From a bacterium (lineage in GTDB: Bacteria; UBA8248), in NCBI GenBank assembly GCA_965261085.1, contig OZ253442.1:2496001-2560000 (forward strand): a DNA stretch of 64,000 nucleotides, written 5' to 3'. Every line of letters starts with the position of its first letter. Positions within the stretch are counted from its first letter, which is position 1. Both the position numbers and the translations under genes were made by a program. Shown in pieces: positions 1 through 10,244 of this stretch. Under the pieces are notes generated by a model. That model ran no database searches, was not told the origin of the DNA, and saw nothing but the letters and a program-made list of their open reading frames with translations.

Positions 1-44
1 TGGCGCCCGCCGCCTATCGACTCGCAACTTGGGAGGAAAGAGCA

Positions 45-395
45 ATGACGGACCATAATCCATCCGGCCGCGTGAGGACCCTCGTCCTGGCGGGCCCTGC
101 CCTCGCACTCCTCTTTACCGTCTTTTGTATCACCACCGGGATCGGGTTCCATCTGATCGTCGGCGTCTGGTTCTGCGCCGTTCTCTGGACCTTCTTCGGC
201 GCGCTCATGGGCGTCCTGTGGCGGGGAATCCGCCATGGGGACTGGTCCGCCTTCCGCCGCTACGAGTTCCCCGAAGATGACGGCGAGCGGTTCGACTGGT
301 CGACCCGGACCGGCCGCTACGCCTGGCACCGGGATTACGAAGAACAGGAGTTCCACGGCCATGACGACTTCCCCGGTCACGGCCCCATTACCTGA
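45..395 (+). CDS. Small two-TM membrane protein, candidate entry-exclusion protein
   Basis: 116 aa, RBS GGAGG upstream, two hydrophobic segments then a charged/aromatic tail; convergent with and overlapping the traG stop, as eex is in SXT/R391 ICEs. Function inferred from position only. Confidence 0.6.
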   Translation: MTDHNPSGRVRTLVLAGPALALLFTVFCITTGIGFHLIVGVWFCAVLWTFFGALMGVLWRGIRHGDWSAFRRYEFPEDDGERFDWSTRTGRYAWHRDYEEQEFHGHDDFPGHGPIT

Positions 396-3298
396 TCGCC
401 CGAAAAGCCACTCCCGCCTCCGCGCTCTTTCCTCTCGTCCTGCTCCTTCCCCTCGGGCCCGGGCGCCGCGTTCCGTGCGGTGCCGTAGAGTTTCCCCCCC
501 AGCCATTCGCCCACGAGCGGGACCTCTCTCGCCGCGTGCTCATTGAACGGCCTGTCGGCCTCCGCCGCGATTTTAGGGCGGCCCTGTCCGATGGATTCTT
601 CCGCCATCCCGGCACGGGCCACCCGCCCCGCTTCGCGGATATCGAGTTCGGTCTCGATCTCGGCGCGCCCGCGCGCAGCCCGCTCCCCGGCGTCGCCCGG
701 CCCGGGTGTCCCGGCGCCCCGCGCCCGCGCGCGCACCGAGTCCGACCAGCCCGCCCAGGCGGCCCCTGTCCCGCTCACGCCGGACTCCCGCAATTCCTCG
801 CGCGCGCGCTCGTAACTCGCAGGCCCCGGTGCCGTGCGCACCCCCTCGGGCGCCGGAAAACGCTCGGCGATGAAGGCGGCGGCGTGTGTGCGCAGGACTT
901 CCGCGTCTTCGGTCGTCTGCGGCGAGGCGAGACGCATGGCGCCGGCCACGCCTATCTCGCGCCCGTCCGCGCCGGTACGCGCGCTCAGCCAGGCGAAGAA
1001 GGGCTGGCCGAGTTCGCTGTCGATCGACTGGGAGCGGCCGCGCACCTGGGCCGCCTGGGAACTCCAGTTCTCCGCTTCGCGGCGGCTCACCGCCTCCTGA
1101 TCGGAGAAGCGGCGCATCCTCGTCATGTTGGCGCCCAAACTCTCATCCAGGCTCTTGAGTTCGCTCTCACCCGAAGCGGTCGAATAACGCCTCGAAGCAT
1201 CGGAGACCCGGGACCAGTGGTCGAGCAACTGGTTCTGGCCCGCGTAGTCGGTCATGCGGTTCCAGGCTTCGCGCCCGAAGGTCTGGCCCCTCCAGCTCGC
1301 GGAGCCGTCCGCCCCGAACTTGACGATGAAGTCGAACCCTCCGCCCACCCTGGCCTCACCCGTGAGGACGGCGGCCTGCTCCTTCGTGATGCCGCCGGCC
1401 TCGGAGAGTTTTTCGAGATGGGATTCGAGGCGCTGCGCGCTCAGGTTCTGGCTCTCCGTCACCCCCCTCGCATGGGTGAGGCCGGTCCGCGCGTCCCGGG
1501 AAAAACGCTCGACCATGGCCGCTGAATCGGTCGCGGCGGCCGTTCGCGCCGTCGCGGCCTCGGCCGACCAGTGACGGGCCTGCTCGAGAGCCGCGCCCGC
1601 CCGGACCTCGTGGCTGGATGCGAGTGATTCGGAGAGTCTCACGCCCGCCGCCGGGACCCGGCTGGTGGCGGAGGCGGCGTCCATCACGGCGGCCCCCTCT
1701 CCGGTCACGGTGTAGGCCGCGCCGCCTGGGGCGAACCCCGTGTAGCGGTCCGTGTCGACGTGGGCCGAGGTGCGGAGCTGGTGTCCCTCGAGCGATGCGA
1801 AGCGGTGCGTGTCTCCTTGCGTGTTGGCGAGCGAGATGTTGCCCGTCGTACCTTCCTGCGCGGCCGATGAGGCCGCGTCCTGGCCGACCGATAGGACCGA
1901 GGTCGCGAGGCTGGTCGTCCTGCCCACCCCGTAGGCCAGGGCCGCGGCCAAGAAGGGCACCGACATCGAGAGGTAGCCCGACATCACCGCCACGTCTGAG
2001 GCCACGGCCCGGATCCCCGCCTGGGCGACGAGCGAGACGCCGATCTCCCCACCCGGCATCAGCGCGCCCGCGCCCATGCGCTCGGCGGCCTCGCCCATGG
2101 CGATGCGGTGCAGGACGGCGTAGAGCGGCCCCCAGCTCTGCAACCAGACCAGCCCCGCGAAGTAGGAGCGGAATATCCCTTCGCCCGCGGGGGTGAGCAT
2201 CAACAGGACCGCCATGGGAAACGCCCCCACGTAGAGGCACTCGAACACGATGCGAAGCATGGGGACCCAGGTCTCCGCCTGGCGTCCGATGGCCCGGTAG
2301 GCCGAGACGGTCTGGGCCTCGGCCCGGGCTTCGGTATAGGCTCTCAGCGCAGCGGCGTTCCCGGCTTCGGCGCTCCATTGCTCGCCCGCGCCGTGGACGG
2401 CGTTTAAGACCATCTGCTGGCGCAGGATCTCGGCCGCGGACCTCGATGCCCCGATCAGGTAGTCGTGGGCGGCGGGCAGCGCCGCCAGCAGTTCGGCCCT
2501 CGCCAGCGCCTCGCTCGCCGCCCCGGGGAAGAGTCTCCGCCCGAATATCCCCGACGCCCTCGCGATCTCCGCCCCCCAGAGCGCGTCGAGCCGCGAGGCG
2601 GCCGTAGCGCAGGTCACGATCTCACGCTCTATCGGCGTGGCACCCGTGCCGGCCGGTGCGCCACGGGTGGCGTATTCGACCATGCGCGCGGGCGAGGCCC
2701 CGGCCGAGGGTGAGCCCGAAGCGGTGACGAGCGCCCAGAGGTCGGTACTCTCGCGCAGGTCGTCGGCCGAAATGTGGCCCAGCAGCAGGGCGTGGAACAC
2801 GCACTGCCGCGCATAGGCCCGGAGGTTCCGGGCGAAGACGGCGTCGGTCACCTCCATCCGGGTCGCGGCGGCCGCGAGCCTGGCGCCGAAGATGAAGCCG
2901 TGGCGGCGGTAGGCCAGGTCGTCCGGGAGGGAGAAGGCCTGCTCGGTCAGCCGGGTGAGCCCGTCACCCACCCGGCTCGTCACGGAGGCGAAGAGCGCGA
3001 GACCGAGCGGCACGTTCGCCACGACCGCGGGCGCGAGCGCAGGGTCCAGCCTGTCCACCACCCGCACGGTCGCCTTCGGGACCACCAGCGCACCCCATAC
3101 GCAGACGAAGAGAAGCAGCCACTTCGCGTTGTCCTTCCACGACCCGCCGAAGGCGGTGCGGAAGAGCACCCAGGCGAGTCCCGTGACGCCCGCAATCTGC
3201 GCCAGCGTCACGAAGGCCCCCCCGCCGGTGATCGCGGCCACGGCGTTCAAGAGATCGACCAGGTAGGTCCCGCCGCCCAGGGTGAAGAGTTCGTACAT
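377..3298 (-). CDS. traG: F-type conjugal transfer mating-pair stabilisation protein TraG
   Basis: Start MYELFTLGGG..LLNAVAA; VVANVPLGLA motif, multi-TM N-terminal region (W.QSWGPLYAVL) and long soluble C-terminus; follows traH. Confidence 0.92.
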   Translation of the reverse strand: MYELFTLGGGTYLVDLLNAVAAITGGGAFVTLAQIAGVTGLAWVLFRTAFGGSWKDNAKWLLLFVCVWGALVVPKATVRVVDRLDPALAPAVVANVPLGLALFASVTSRVGDGLTRLTEQAFSLPDDLAYRRHGFIFGARLAAAATRMEVTDAVFARNLRAYARQCVFHALLLGHISADDLRESTDLWALVTASGSPSAGASPARMVEYATRGAPAGTGATPIEREIVTCATAASRLDALWGAEIARASGIFGRRLFPGAASEALARAELLAALPAAHDYLIGASRSAAEILRQQMVLNAVHGAGEQWSAEAGNAAALRAYTEARAEAQTVSAYRAIGRQAETWVPMLRIVFECLYVGAFPMAVLLMLTPAGEGIFRSYFAGLVWLQSWGPLYAVLHRIAMGEAAERMGAGALMPGGEIGVSLVAQAGIRAVASDVAVMSGYLSMSVPFLAAALAYGVGRTTSLATSVLSVGQDAASSAAQEGTTGNISLANTQGDTHRFASLEGHQLRTSAHVDTDRYTGFAPGGAAYTVTGEGAAVMDAASATSRVPAAGVRLSESLASSHEVRAGAALEQARHWSAEAATARTAAATDSAAMVERFSRDARTGLTHARGVTESQNLSAQRLESHLEKLSEAGGITKEQAAVLTGEARVGGGFDFIVKFGADGSASWRGQTFGREAWNRMTDYAGQNQLLDHWSRVSDASRRYSTASGESELKSLDESLGANMTRMRRFSDQEAVSRREAENWSSQAAQVRGRSQSIDSELGQPFFAWLSARTGADGREIGVAGAMRLASPQTTEDAEVLRTHAAAFIAERFPAPEGVRTAPGPASYERAREELRESGVSGTGAAWAGWSDSVRARARGAGTPGPGDAGERAARGRAEIETELDIREAGRVARAGMAEESIGQGRPKIAAEADRPFNEHAAREVPLVGEWLGGKLYGTARNAAPGPEGKEQDERKERGGGSGFSGDQVMGP

Positions 3299-3320
3299 GG
3301 AGTGTTTTCCCTTACCGCTG

Positions 3321-4762
3321 TTAGCGGGCGCCTGCGGCGCCGCGGGAGAAGGCGAGCGCCGCGCGGAGTTCGGCCGAGAGCGCGCCCGCGAGTTCGGTCT
3401 CGATGAGCCGGAGCTTCTCGACCACGGCGAGGGCGGTGTTGAAGCGCGCAAGTCCCTCGTGGCGATGCCGCGCGAGAGCCGTGCGGTTCCTGCGGAGCCC
3501 CTCGCGCCAGCGCGCGAGCCGCTCGCCGTCTGCGACGTCCATGGCGCCCGCGCGTTCCTCGATTGTGCGGTGTACGTCCGATATCCAGACCTGGAGCACG
3601 TCGAGCGCCACGGCTTCGGCCAAGGCGTCCACCTCCTGGTCCACCACCGCGCCGCGATAGGCGGCTGCGGTGTTCACGATCCGGTAGACGGGCAGCGTCG
3701 TCAGGTTGACGAGTCCCAGGGCATCGGGCGGAGGCGCCGTGTCGGCGCGCACCGCTTCGACGAGGCGGCGGAGCAGCTCCGCCACCCGGTTCCTGAAGCC
3801 GCGCGCCGCGGGCACGGTGAGCCTCCCAAGACGGGGTTGAGACATTCATCGGAAGTGTCGCAGCGGTATACGGGCAAGTCGCCGCCGCCCTCCATCAGGA
3901 TCTCGGTCACGCGGCGGTCGAGCGCCAGGGGCTCCAGCACGCGCACCCGGGGGCCGGAAGGATCGGAGTCCGATACCGGGGCGGTCACGATCATGCTCCC
4001 CGATACCGACATGGCGAATTCACCCAGGTCGCGGTCGGACGCCAGGAAGCCCGAGGCGCGCACCGCGCGCCAGGCGTAGTTCACGTTGACCGGCGCCTGG
4101 TCCCTGAGCGCCCCCGCTGCCGCGGCCAGGGTCGAGTGGCGTTTCCCGTCCGCGCCGCAGCCGTGGCGCGCGGCGGCGTAATCGGAAAAAATGCCCTGCC
4201 GCGTCCCGACCGCGGCGCAGATCGCGGCGCTCGCCCGGTCGTTCTTCGACCAGACCGCGCCGACGAGAGCCTGGGCCGTCTCGCAGGAATCGAGGTTCCG
4301 GTTGTTCACCCACTGGGCGAGGGCCCTCAGCTTCGACATGGTCTCTGCGATCACGGGCGAGATGGTCTCGAGCGCTAATTCGAAGGCGAAGCCCGCTGCG
4401 TTCTGGGCGACGGCGCGGGCGAAGGCGATCATCTGGTCGGAATCGATGAACGAGAACGCGCCTGCAAACGCGTCGATGCCGCCGCAACCGGCGCGGTAGG
4501 AGGGCAGGCTCACCGTGGCGATGGATTCGGAGCGAACCGGCGCTCTCAGGTAGAGATTACCGAGAGTCCAGTGGCCCGAGGCCTGGCCGTCGAAGGCGGT
4601 GGGTCCCGTGGTGTTCACGGCGGCGCCCCGCCAGAAGTTCTCCATCTCCGACATCACGTCCGCCCGGGCGGGCGGAGCGAGGCACAGTCCGGCGGTGAGC
4701 AACACCGCCATGAACCAGCGGGCGACCGCGGCGACCTCCGGGGTACTTTGCCTAGTAGTCAC
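3321..4762 (-). pseudogene. traH: TraH pilus assembly protein, split by a 1-nt frameshift (real lesion or sequencing error)
   Basis: N-terminal part has LPSYRAGCGGIDAFAGAFSFI; after YRCDTSDECLNP the TraH-like sequence continues in another frame (ORF 3321..3845). One extra base in the G4 run at 3833-3836 joins the frames. Confidence 0.85.
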
Positions 4763-5567
4763 TTCCCACCTCCCGCGTGGTGAGGGCGAAGATGCGCTCG
4801 GCCAACTGGTCCTCGGCGACGACGCCGTATGAGACCGGGAGCGCCCGTTTGCTCCGCGTGTCGTAGAGGACGACGGCGGGCAATACCGGGGCATTGATGC
4901 CGAGCCGCGCGGCGCGGCCTTGATCGGGCGCCGCCTCCGGCCAGCCCGCAAGCGGTCCGCCCGTCATCGAGACCGCGAGCACCTCTATCCCGTGACGAAG
5001 CGCGAAGGCGCGAAGTAGCGGTCCGAATACACGGCACGCGGGACACCGCTCGGAGCCCAGGTAGATCAGGCCGTAGCGTCGCCCAAGTCTGGCGAGCGCA
5101 CCATCGCGCTCGGCCCGGCGCTCATCCGACCAGAGTTTTTTGGCGAGCGCGCCCACCGGGCGCTTCAGCGTGTAGTCGAGAGCCGGATTCGCCCAGACCG
5201 TACGGCGGAAGGCGTCCGAGAAGGTGGCGGCGCTTTGCAGGGCTTTCTGCTGGAGAGCCAGGTAGGCCGTGACGTTCTCTGTGCTCGGTTCCAGGATCGC
5301 ACGCGCGCGGGCTTCCTCCAGCGTCCGGCGGGTCGTAAGGATGCGTTCGGTGGCGCTCGGGGGTTTCATGGGTGGCGCCGCCTGCGTCGCCGGCGTCTCC
5401 TTATTCTCCTCTTCCGTCGTTTCATCGCGGTCGCAATAGAAGTGCCAGCCGAGCGGAGACCCGGCATCGGGCGTACCGCACCACGAGCGCCATTCCCGCG
5501 CCTCCGCGGGAGACGCCGGGAGGACCGCGAGGAGGCAGGCGAGGATAAGGGCGTAGGCGATGGTCAT
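4752..5567 (-). CDS. traF: TraF pilus assembly protein (thioredoxin-like)
   Basis: Signal peptide, GWHFY motif, ARAILEPS.ENV..Y, CPAC motif; lies between traN and traH. Confidence 0.9.
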   Translation of the reverse strand: MTIAYALILACLLAVLPASPAEAREWRSWCGTPDAGSPLGWHFYCDRDETTEEENKETPATQAAPPMKPPSATERILTTRRTLEEARARAILEPSTENVTAYLALQQKALQSAATFSDAFRRTVWANPALDYTLKRPVGALAKKLWSDERRAERDGALARLGRRYGLIYLGSERCPACRVFGPLLRAFALRHGIEVLAVSMTGGPLAGWPEAAPDQGRAARLGINAPVLPAVVLYDTRSKRALPVSYGVVAEDQLAERIFALTTREVGSDY

Positions 5568-5577
5568 GGTCGTCTCC

Positions 5578-6654
5578 TCACTCGTTTTCGGTATAGAAAT
5601 CGCGGATGCGCGCGCGCATCGCCGCGCCGGTTCCCTCCGCGCCCGGAAGCGCGATCGAGGGCGCACTCGAGCCGTCCACGAGGTTCTCGGTGAACTCCGA
5701 CAGGTCCACGGCCTCGAAGTCGATTCGCTCCATCTCCTCGACCGTGAAGCCCCGGCAATCGCCCCAGCCGAGTCCGAGCTGTCCCCGCGTCGCCTCCTGC
5801 AGGATGCGCCCGAGCTTGGAACCGAACACGCACCAGACCCGCTCCCGGCGGATGCAGACGCCCAATATCCGCTTCGCGCAACGCGTTCCCAGGTAATGCG
5901 TGTTCCCGGTATGGCGCTCCTGCGCCAGGAGCCGCTCCCCCTCGGTGCACTCGGCGAGATCGATGAGCGCGCCTGAGTCCTTGCAGCAATCGGCGAGGCC
6001 GCCCCAGCGGATCCGGCACGAGCGGCGCTCGCCCCGGAAAAACCTCAGATTCTCGCGGTCGAATTCCTCCCCGCCCATCTCGAGCACCATGTTGAGCTTA
6101 GCCGCCGAATCGATGAACCCGGTGTTGGCTTGCGTGGGGAGGGTTTCGCATCCCGCGCCGGCGCACCAGGAGACTGAACCGCAAGCACCACCGGCCCCGG
6201 CGTCCTCCACCCCGGCGCCACACTCCCTCACCGAGCCCGACGCGAGCCCCGCCGCGCCGAAGCGCGGAGCACCCGCATCGCCTTCGATCTCCTCCCCGCG
6301 GCGGGCGATCGGGTCCTCCGTCCCGAGGGACGCCTCCGGACGCCCGCTCGCCCCCTCGATCACGGCGCGCCCCGCCCGGCCACCGGGATCGGCGGGATCG
6401 GCCAGGGCCCGCTTCGCTGCGGCGTCCAATTCATCTGCGCCGAGATCCCGCTCGGGGAGGCTCGTTCCGGCATAGCCCGGCACACGGGCGGCGGAATCCG
6501 GGTTCTTCGCGACGGCGGCGGCCGCCGCCCGGCCCGCCTCTCCGATCGCGCGGGCAGCCGCCTTCGGGTCTTCGGCCCAGGCGCCGCCCGCTGATAGGTG
6601 CGCCAGGAGAAGAAGGACAAGGATGACGATTTGCATTCCTTCGTTCCGTTTCAC
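5578..6654 (-). CDS. traN: Mating-pair stabilisation protein TraN (short form)
   Basis: Cys-rich C-terminus DCCKD..CTEGE..HYLGTRC..WCVFGSKLGRILQE..CRGFTVEE..IDF..VDLSEF; only ~358 aa (start may be 6636). Confidence 0.88.
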   Translation of the reverse strand: MKRNEGMQIVILVLLLLAHLSAGGAWAEDPKAAARAIGEAGRAAAAAVAKNPDSAARVPGYAGTSLPERDLGADELDAAAKRALADPADPGGRAGRAVIEGASGRPEASLGTEDPIARRGEEIEGDAGAPRFGAAGLASGSVRECGAGVEDAGAGGACGSVSWCAGAGCETLPTQANTGFIDSAAKLNMVLEMGGEEFDRENLRFFRGERRSCRIRWGGLADCCKDSGALIDLAECTEGERLLAQERHTGNTHYLGTRCAKRILGVCIRRERVWCVFGSKLGRILQEATRGQLGLGWGDCRGFTVEEMERIDFEAVDLSEFTENLVDGSSAPSIALPGAEGTGAAMRARIRDFYTENE

Positions 6655-7370
6655 CGGGAATCTCCTCTGAGCTTTGCGAGATGACGCCGCGCCGTCGCGC
6701 GTCCCGGCCCGCCCTCTTCGGCGATGATCGAAAGCGCCGCTTCGAGACCGATGTTTCCACTAATCCGGTCATGGGGAGGTGCTGCGTCTTTGGCGCAGCC
6801 ACGGCTCGCGCAGGGCGGGACCCCGCCCGGGACCACGGCGACGGCGGGGATCGCGGTGATACCGAAGAGGCGGAACAGGCGCGGGTCGATCGCAGCGCCC
6901 GAGCCGCGCGCCAGATACGCCCCGACCCGTTTCACTGTGGACTGCAGTCCTTCTGGAACAAGTCCACGCAGGACGAGCGGGACGCCTGTCCGCGCCGCCT
7001 CCAGGCTCCATTCCCGCCAACTCGCCTCGGGGACGGAGAGACTCATGAAGACGATGACCTCGGGTCCGTGGGGACGCGCGAGAAAACTGCTTGCCAGGTG
7101 GCCGGCTTGGCCCTCTGCCGGGAGGGGGTCGGGGGTCTCGGCGGCGTTTTTCCCCGCGCGCTCAAGCGCGCGCTTAATCACCGACCGCGACCAGGCGCTA
7201 AGATCGCCTGCGCGGGATTTTTTCGTTTTCCGTAATACCCCTTCCACCATCTCGCGCGCCGCTTTTCCATTGCTTTCCTGCGCCGGGGCCGGAGCGGGCC
7301 ACGCCGTGAGGAGGAGGGCGCAGGCGAGCACGGCTACAGTGGTGGTTGTATGTATCTGATGACGGCCCAT
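6651..7370 (-). CDS. trbC: Type-F conjugative pilin assembly protein TrbC
   Basis: VFMSLSVP..LVLRGL..IDPRLFRLFGITAIPAV..DRISGNIGL motifs. Confidence 0.9.
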   Translation of the reverse strand: MGRHQIHTTTTVAVLACALLLTAWPAPAPAQESNGKAAREMVEGVLRKTKKSRAGDLSAWSRSVIKRALERAGKNAAETPDPLPAEGQAGHLASSFLARPHGPEVIVFMSLSVPEASWREWSLEAARTGVPLVLRGLVPEGLQSTVKRVGAYLARGSGAAIDPRLFRLFGITAIPAVAVVPGGVPPCASRGCAKDAAPPHDRISGNIGLEAALSIIAEEGGPGRATARRHLAKLRGDSR

Positions 7371-7380
7371 ATCAATTTCC

Positions 7381-8382
7381 TTAGAGGAGACAGCAGTTGC
7401 GCTTGCGCCAGAGCAGGTACCCGAAATTCTCCCCCGCCACGGGCAACTCGCGCAGCGCTTCCCACAGCACTGTGGAGCGGCCCGTCGGGTTGCAGCCCGT
7501 GAGGGGTGACGTGGCGGGAACCGGCTGGGTCATCTGCCAGCGGTATTGCGATTTCTTCATGATCGGCATGGGATAGCGCCCACACAGCGCCGCAGTCCCC
7601 GAGGTGCCCCAGGCGAGCAGCAGCCTGTGGAGGCGGAACACGAGCCTTTGGGCCGCGAGCAGCGAGGCCTGCACTCCTCCCACGTGGGCGCCCACGTTCC
7701 CGGTCAGGGGATACATCCCGCCCTGACAGCCCGCGCACCAGTACAGGGGATCGATCGGCAGGCCCGCAGACGCCGCCGCGCAATCGGCGGCGCAGGCCGC
7801 CTGGGCCGGCAGGTCGGCGAAGAGCGCGGCCTCGGGGTTCAGCAGGAAGGAGAGTTCATCGTCGCGCCAGGCGGGGTCGAGCTCGGAGACCCAGGCGATG
7901 TCGAGCCCCCCGCCTTCCAGGCAGCCCAAGTCGAGCAGCGCCCCGATCCACGAGAGCAGCGGGTAGACGTAGTAGTGGGCGTGCCAGGTGGAACCCTGCG
8001 CGCCGTCGCCGCCCGAGGAACCCGTTCGCCCGCGCCCTGCGGGGAGCCCTGCGTCGATGGTCAGTCCGCCCAAGTTCGGGAAACACCAGGGCGCTCGGCT
8101 CACGTCGATCAGCCGCGCCGGCTCCCAGACACCTAACGAGAGACCGATCCGGGGGATGGGCTTCCCGCAGTAACATATCGGAGAACCCGGGTTGGGCGTG
8201 TCCGGCGCGCCCGCGGCATTGCCCATCCGGATCGGCCCGATCGATATCGGGAACAGACACTCCCAGCACACGTCAGTCACCGGGTTCACGAAACGCCCGG
8301 TGCAGGACTGCGCCGATGCGCTCCCGGCCGAGAGGACGCAGGCGATGAGGAGGATGGGAATGAAAATTTTCCGGTGCTTCAT
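7381..8382 (-). CDS. traU: TraU
   Basis: CTGRFVNPVTDVCWECLFPISIG, WEPARL, WCAGCQG.MYPLTG, WRKRNCC. Confidence 0.95.
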   Translation of the reverse strand: MKHRKIFIPILLIACVLSAGSASAQSCTGRFVNPVTDVCWECLFPISIGPIRMGNAAGAPDTPNPGSPICYCGKPIPRIGLSLGVWEPARLIDVSRAPWCFPNLGGLTIDAGLPAGRGRTGSSGGDGAQGSTWHAHYYVYPLLSWIGALLDLGCLEGGGLDIAWVSELDPAWRDDELSFLLNPEAALFADLPAQAACAADCAAASAGLPIDPLYWCAGCQGGMYPLTGNVGAHVGGVQASLLAAQRLVFRLHRLLLAWGTSGTAALCGRYPMPIMKKSQYRWQMTQPVPATSPLTGCNPTGRSTVLWEALRELPVAGENFGYLLWRKRNCCLL

Positions 8383-9050
8383 GGCCTGCCCCCTTCGCTT
8401 GTGGGGTTCTCCTCGTCTTCGAGGGGTACTTCCGTGATCCGGAGGAACGATCCTTCGGCCACGACCACGGACGGCGTAGCGCTGAGCCCGAAACGCCTCG
8501 TGAGTCGACCACCCTGGTCAAAGAAGAACGCCCGGCCGTGCGTCCGGGTCAGGTCCAGCGGACGGCCCGCGAGCAAAACGATCACCGAGGGTTTTTCGTG
8601 GCGAAGCGCCCAGGCGACCTCGACAGGACGGGTCCCGTCGATGAACAGGAGATCGCGGGTCAGGGGATGCGTCGTAAGCGGATTGACCCGCGCGCCGCGC
8701 GCCGCGAGCAGGGTCCCGTCCGCCGCCCGGACGTCTTCTTCAAGCGTGACGGAAGGATCGAACAGACGGGTGCGGCGGACACGCGCGGGGAGGATGTCCG
8801 AGACGCGGGGAGGCGCCGCGACGCGCTCCCTGACCCGGGCGAGCGCCGCACGATTCATGCGGGCGAGTTCGCCCGTAGTTTCCATCGCCTTGAGTCTGGC
8901 CTCGATATCGAGCAGCAGGTCGGGTTCCGTGATGCGCCATACCGCGCCGCGCACGCCGAGATCCTTCGCCGTCACGGCTTCCGCCATGAGCGTCAACGCG
9001 AATGCAATCACGACGGACAGCAAACGGGATAGGGGAGGACGCCGCCTCAT
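8379..9050 (-). CDS. traW: TraW
   Basis: AKDLGVRGAVWRITEPDLL, FDPS, VNPL, FFDQGGRLTRRFGL; ATG at 9050. Confidence 0.92.
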   Translation of the reverse strand: MRRRPPLSRLLSVVIAFALTLMAEAVTAKDLGVRGAVWRITEPDLLLDIEARLKAMETTGELARMNRAALARVRERVAAPPRVSDILPARVRRTRLFDPSVTLEEDVRAADGTLLAARGARVNPLTTHPLTRDLLFIDGTRPVEVAWALRHEKPSVIVLLAGRPLDLTRTHGRAFFFDQGGRLTRRFGLSATPSVVVAEGSFLRITEVPLEDEENPTSEGGRP

Positions 9051-9601
9051 GGCAGCACCTTTTTTTGACTTGCGAGCGGTCCTTTCAGTCCCAGCCACGG
9101 GACGTCGGGCAGCGGGAGGGCACGGCCCCGGATGCGTTCCAGCGGGATGAGCCCGATCTCCTCATAACGGCTGTCGTGGCTGTCCGCGTGATCGGCGTGG
9201 ACGTAGTAATGATCCTGCGGGATCACTACAGGTTTGATCGCTTCAAGCTCGCGTCCGTTGAGCGCACGCCTCTTCGCGGTCCCGATGAGGGCGCCGTTCA
9301 GGCGGATGCGGCGCTCCGCGTCCACCTCCACCCACTCTCCCGGCAGGCCGCGCACGCGCTTCATGTAGGGGATAGGCGATCCCGCAGCCTCCGGCGGGTC
9401 GAAGAGCACGAAGTCGCCGCGTTTCGGCGCGCCCATGAGCGGCAGCGCGAAATACCCCCACGCTCCGTCTGAGGTACTCGCGTTGACGTGGACGCGCGAG
9501 GCCGCAGCGAGCCACAGTCCGGAGAGGACGGCCATACAGACCAGGAACCTGAAGCCACGGGGGTTCGCGCGTCCCGGCGCCTTGGCGTTTATCATCATCA
9601 T
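9047..9601 (-). CDS. S26-family conjugative signal peptidase (TrhF/TraF-type pilin maturase)
   Basis: VNASTS..GYF, MKRVRGLPGE, DHADSHDSRY..GLI motifs; ATGA overlap with trbI. Confidence 0.85.
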   Translation of the reverse strand: MMMINAKAPGRANPRGFRFLVCMAVLSGLWLAAASRVHVNASTSDGAWGYFALPLMGAPKRGDFVLFDPPEAAGSPIPYMKRVRGLPGEWVEVDAERRIRLNGALIGTAKRRALNGRELEAIKPVVIPQDHYYVHADHADSHDSRYEEIGLIPLERIRGRALPLPDVPWLGLKGPLASQKKVLP

Positions 9602-9981
9602 TTTTTCTCTTCCTCCTTTTTCTTCGGGGGATGCCTCAAGTGCGGGACCGCGGCCATCGCCGCCTCGACCTCTGAGGTTAAATCCTCGGCGCCCGCTGCG
9701 ACGGCGCCCGCCGTGAGCAGCACCGCGCCGTGGCGCTCCGCCGTACGGGCGAGCGCCTCTTCCAGCCGCCCCGCCCAGTCGCGGGCGGCTTCTGCCGCCG
9801 CTTTGCGGTCTCCGCCCTCGCGGATGGTTTTCGTGACGTAGTCCGCCGTGAGGCTCGAAAGCCGAACGCTCGCGATACGCGGTATCCGCTCCAAGTTGAC
9901 CCGCAAGGTGACGGCCGAGACGGCCGCGGCCACGCCGGCCGCGAGGAGCAGGGAGGCTGCGAACGCCGGGAACCCGCTCAT
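9598..9981 (-). CDS. trbI: TrbI F-type transfer protein
   Basis: N-terminal TM, AVLLTAGAVAAGAEDLT motif, position just upstream of peptidase/traW. Confidence 0.75.
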   Translation of the reverse strand: MSGFPAFAASLLLAAGVAAAVSAVTLRVNLERIPRIASVRLSSLTADYVTKTIREGGDRKAAAEAARDWAGRLEEALARTAERHGAVLLTAGAVAAGAEDLTSEVEAAMAAVPHLRHPPKKKEEEKK

Positions 9982-10244
9982 GACCGCTCTCCCGCCGCGC
10001 GACGCCGCGCACTCATCGATATCCATGCCCTGGCGTCGTACCGCCTGAACCAGGCCGTTCCCTCCTCGTCATGGAACATGTAGAGGTAGCGGCCCGCGTA
10101 GAGCGGATCGCAGGGATCGGCCGAGAGCACGCGCGCTGCGATAGCGGCGCGGAACACGCCCTCGGTGTCCTCGAAGACCTGGACGCTCCGCTTCCGTTCA
10201 GGCCGCCGCCCGCGTCCAGGCCGTCGCCTGCGATCAGGCCGCAT
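9978..10244 (-). CDS. Hypothetical protein
   Basis: Fills the gap between the HD gene and trbI with overlapping start/stop; C-terminal ~65 aa look protein-like (YAGRYLYMFHDEEG). Start uncertain. Confidence 0.55.
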   Translation of the reverse strand: MRPDRRRRPGRGRRPERKRSVQVFEDTEGVFRAAIAARVLSADPCDPLYAGRYLYMFHDEEGTAWFRRYDARAWISMSARRRAAGERS

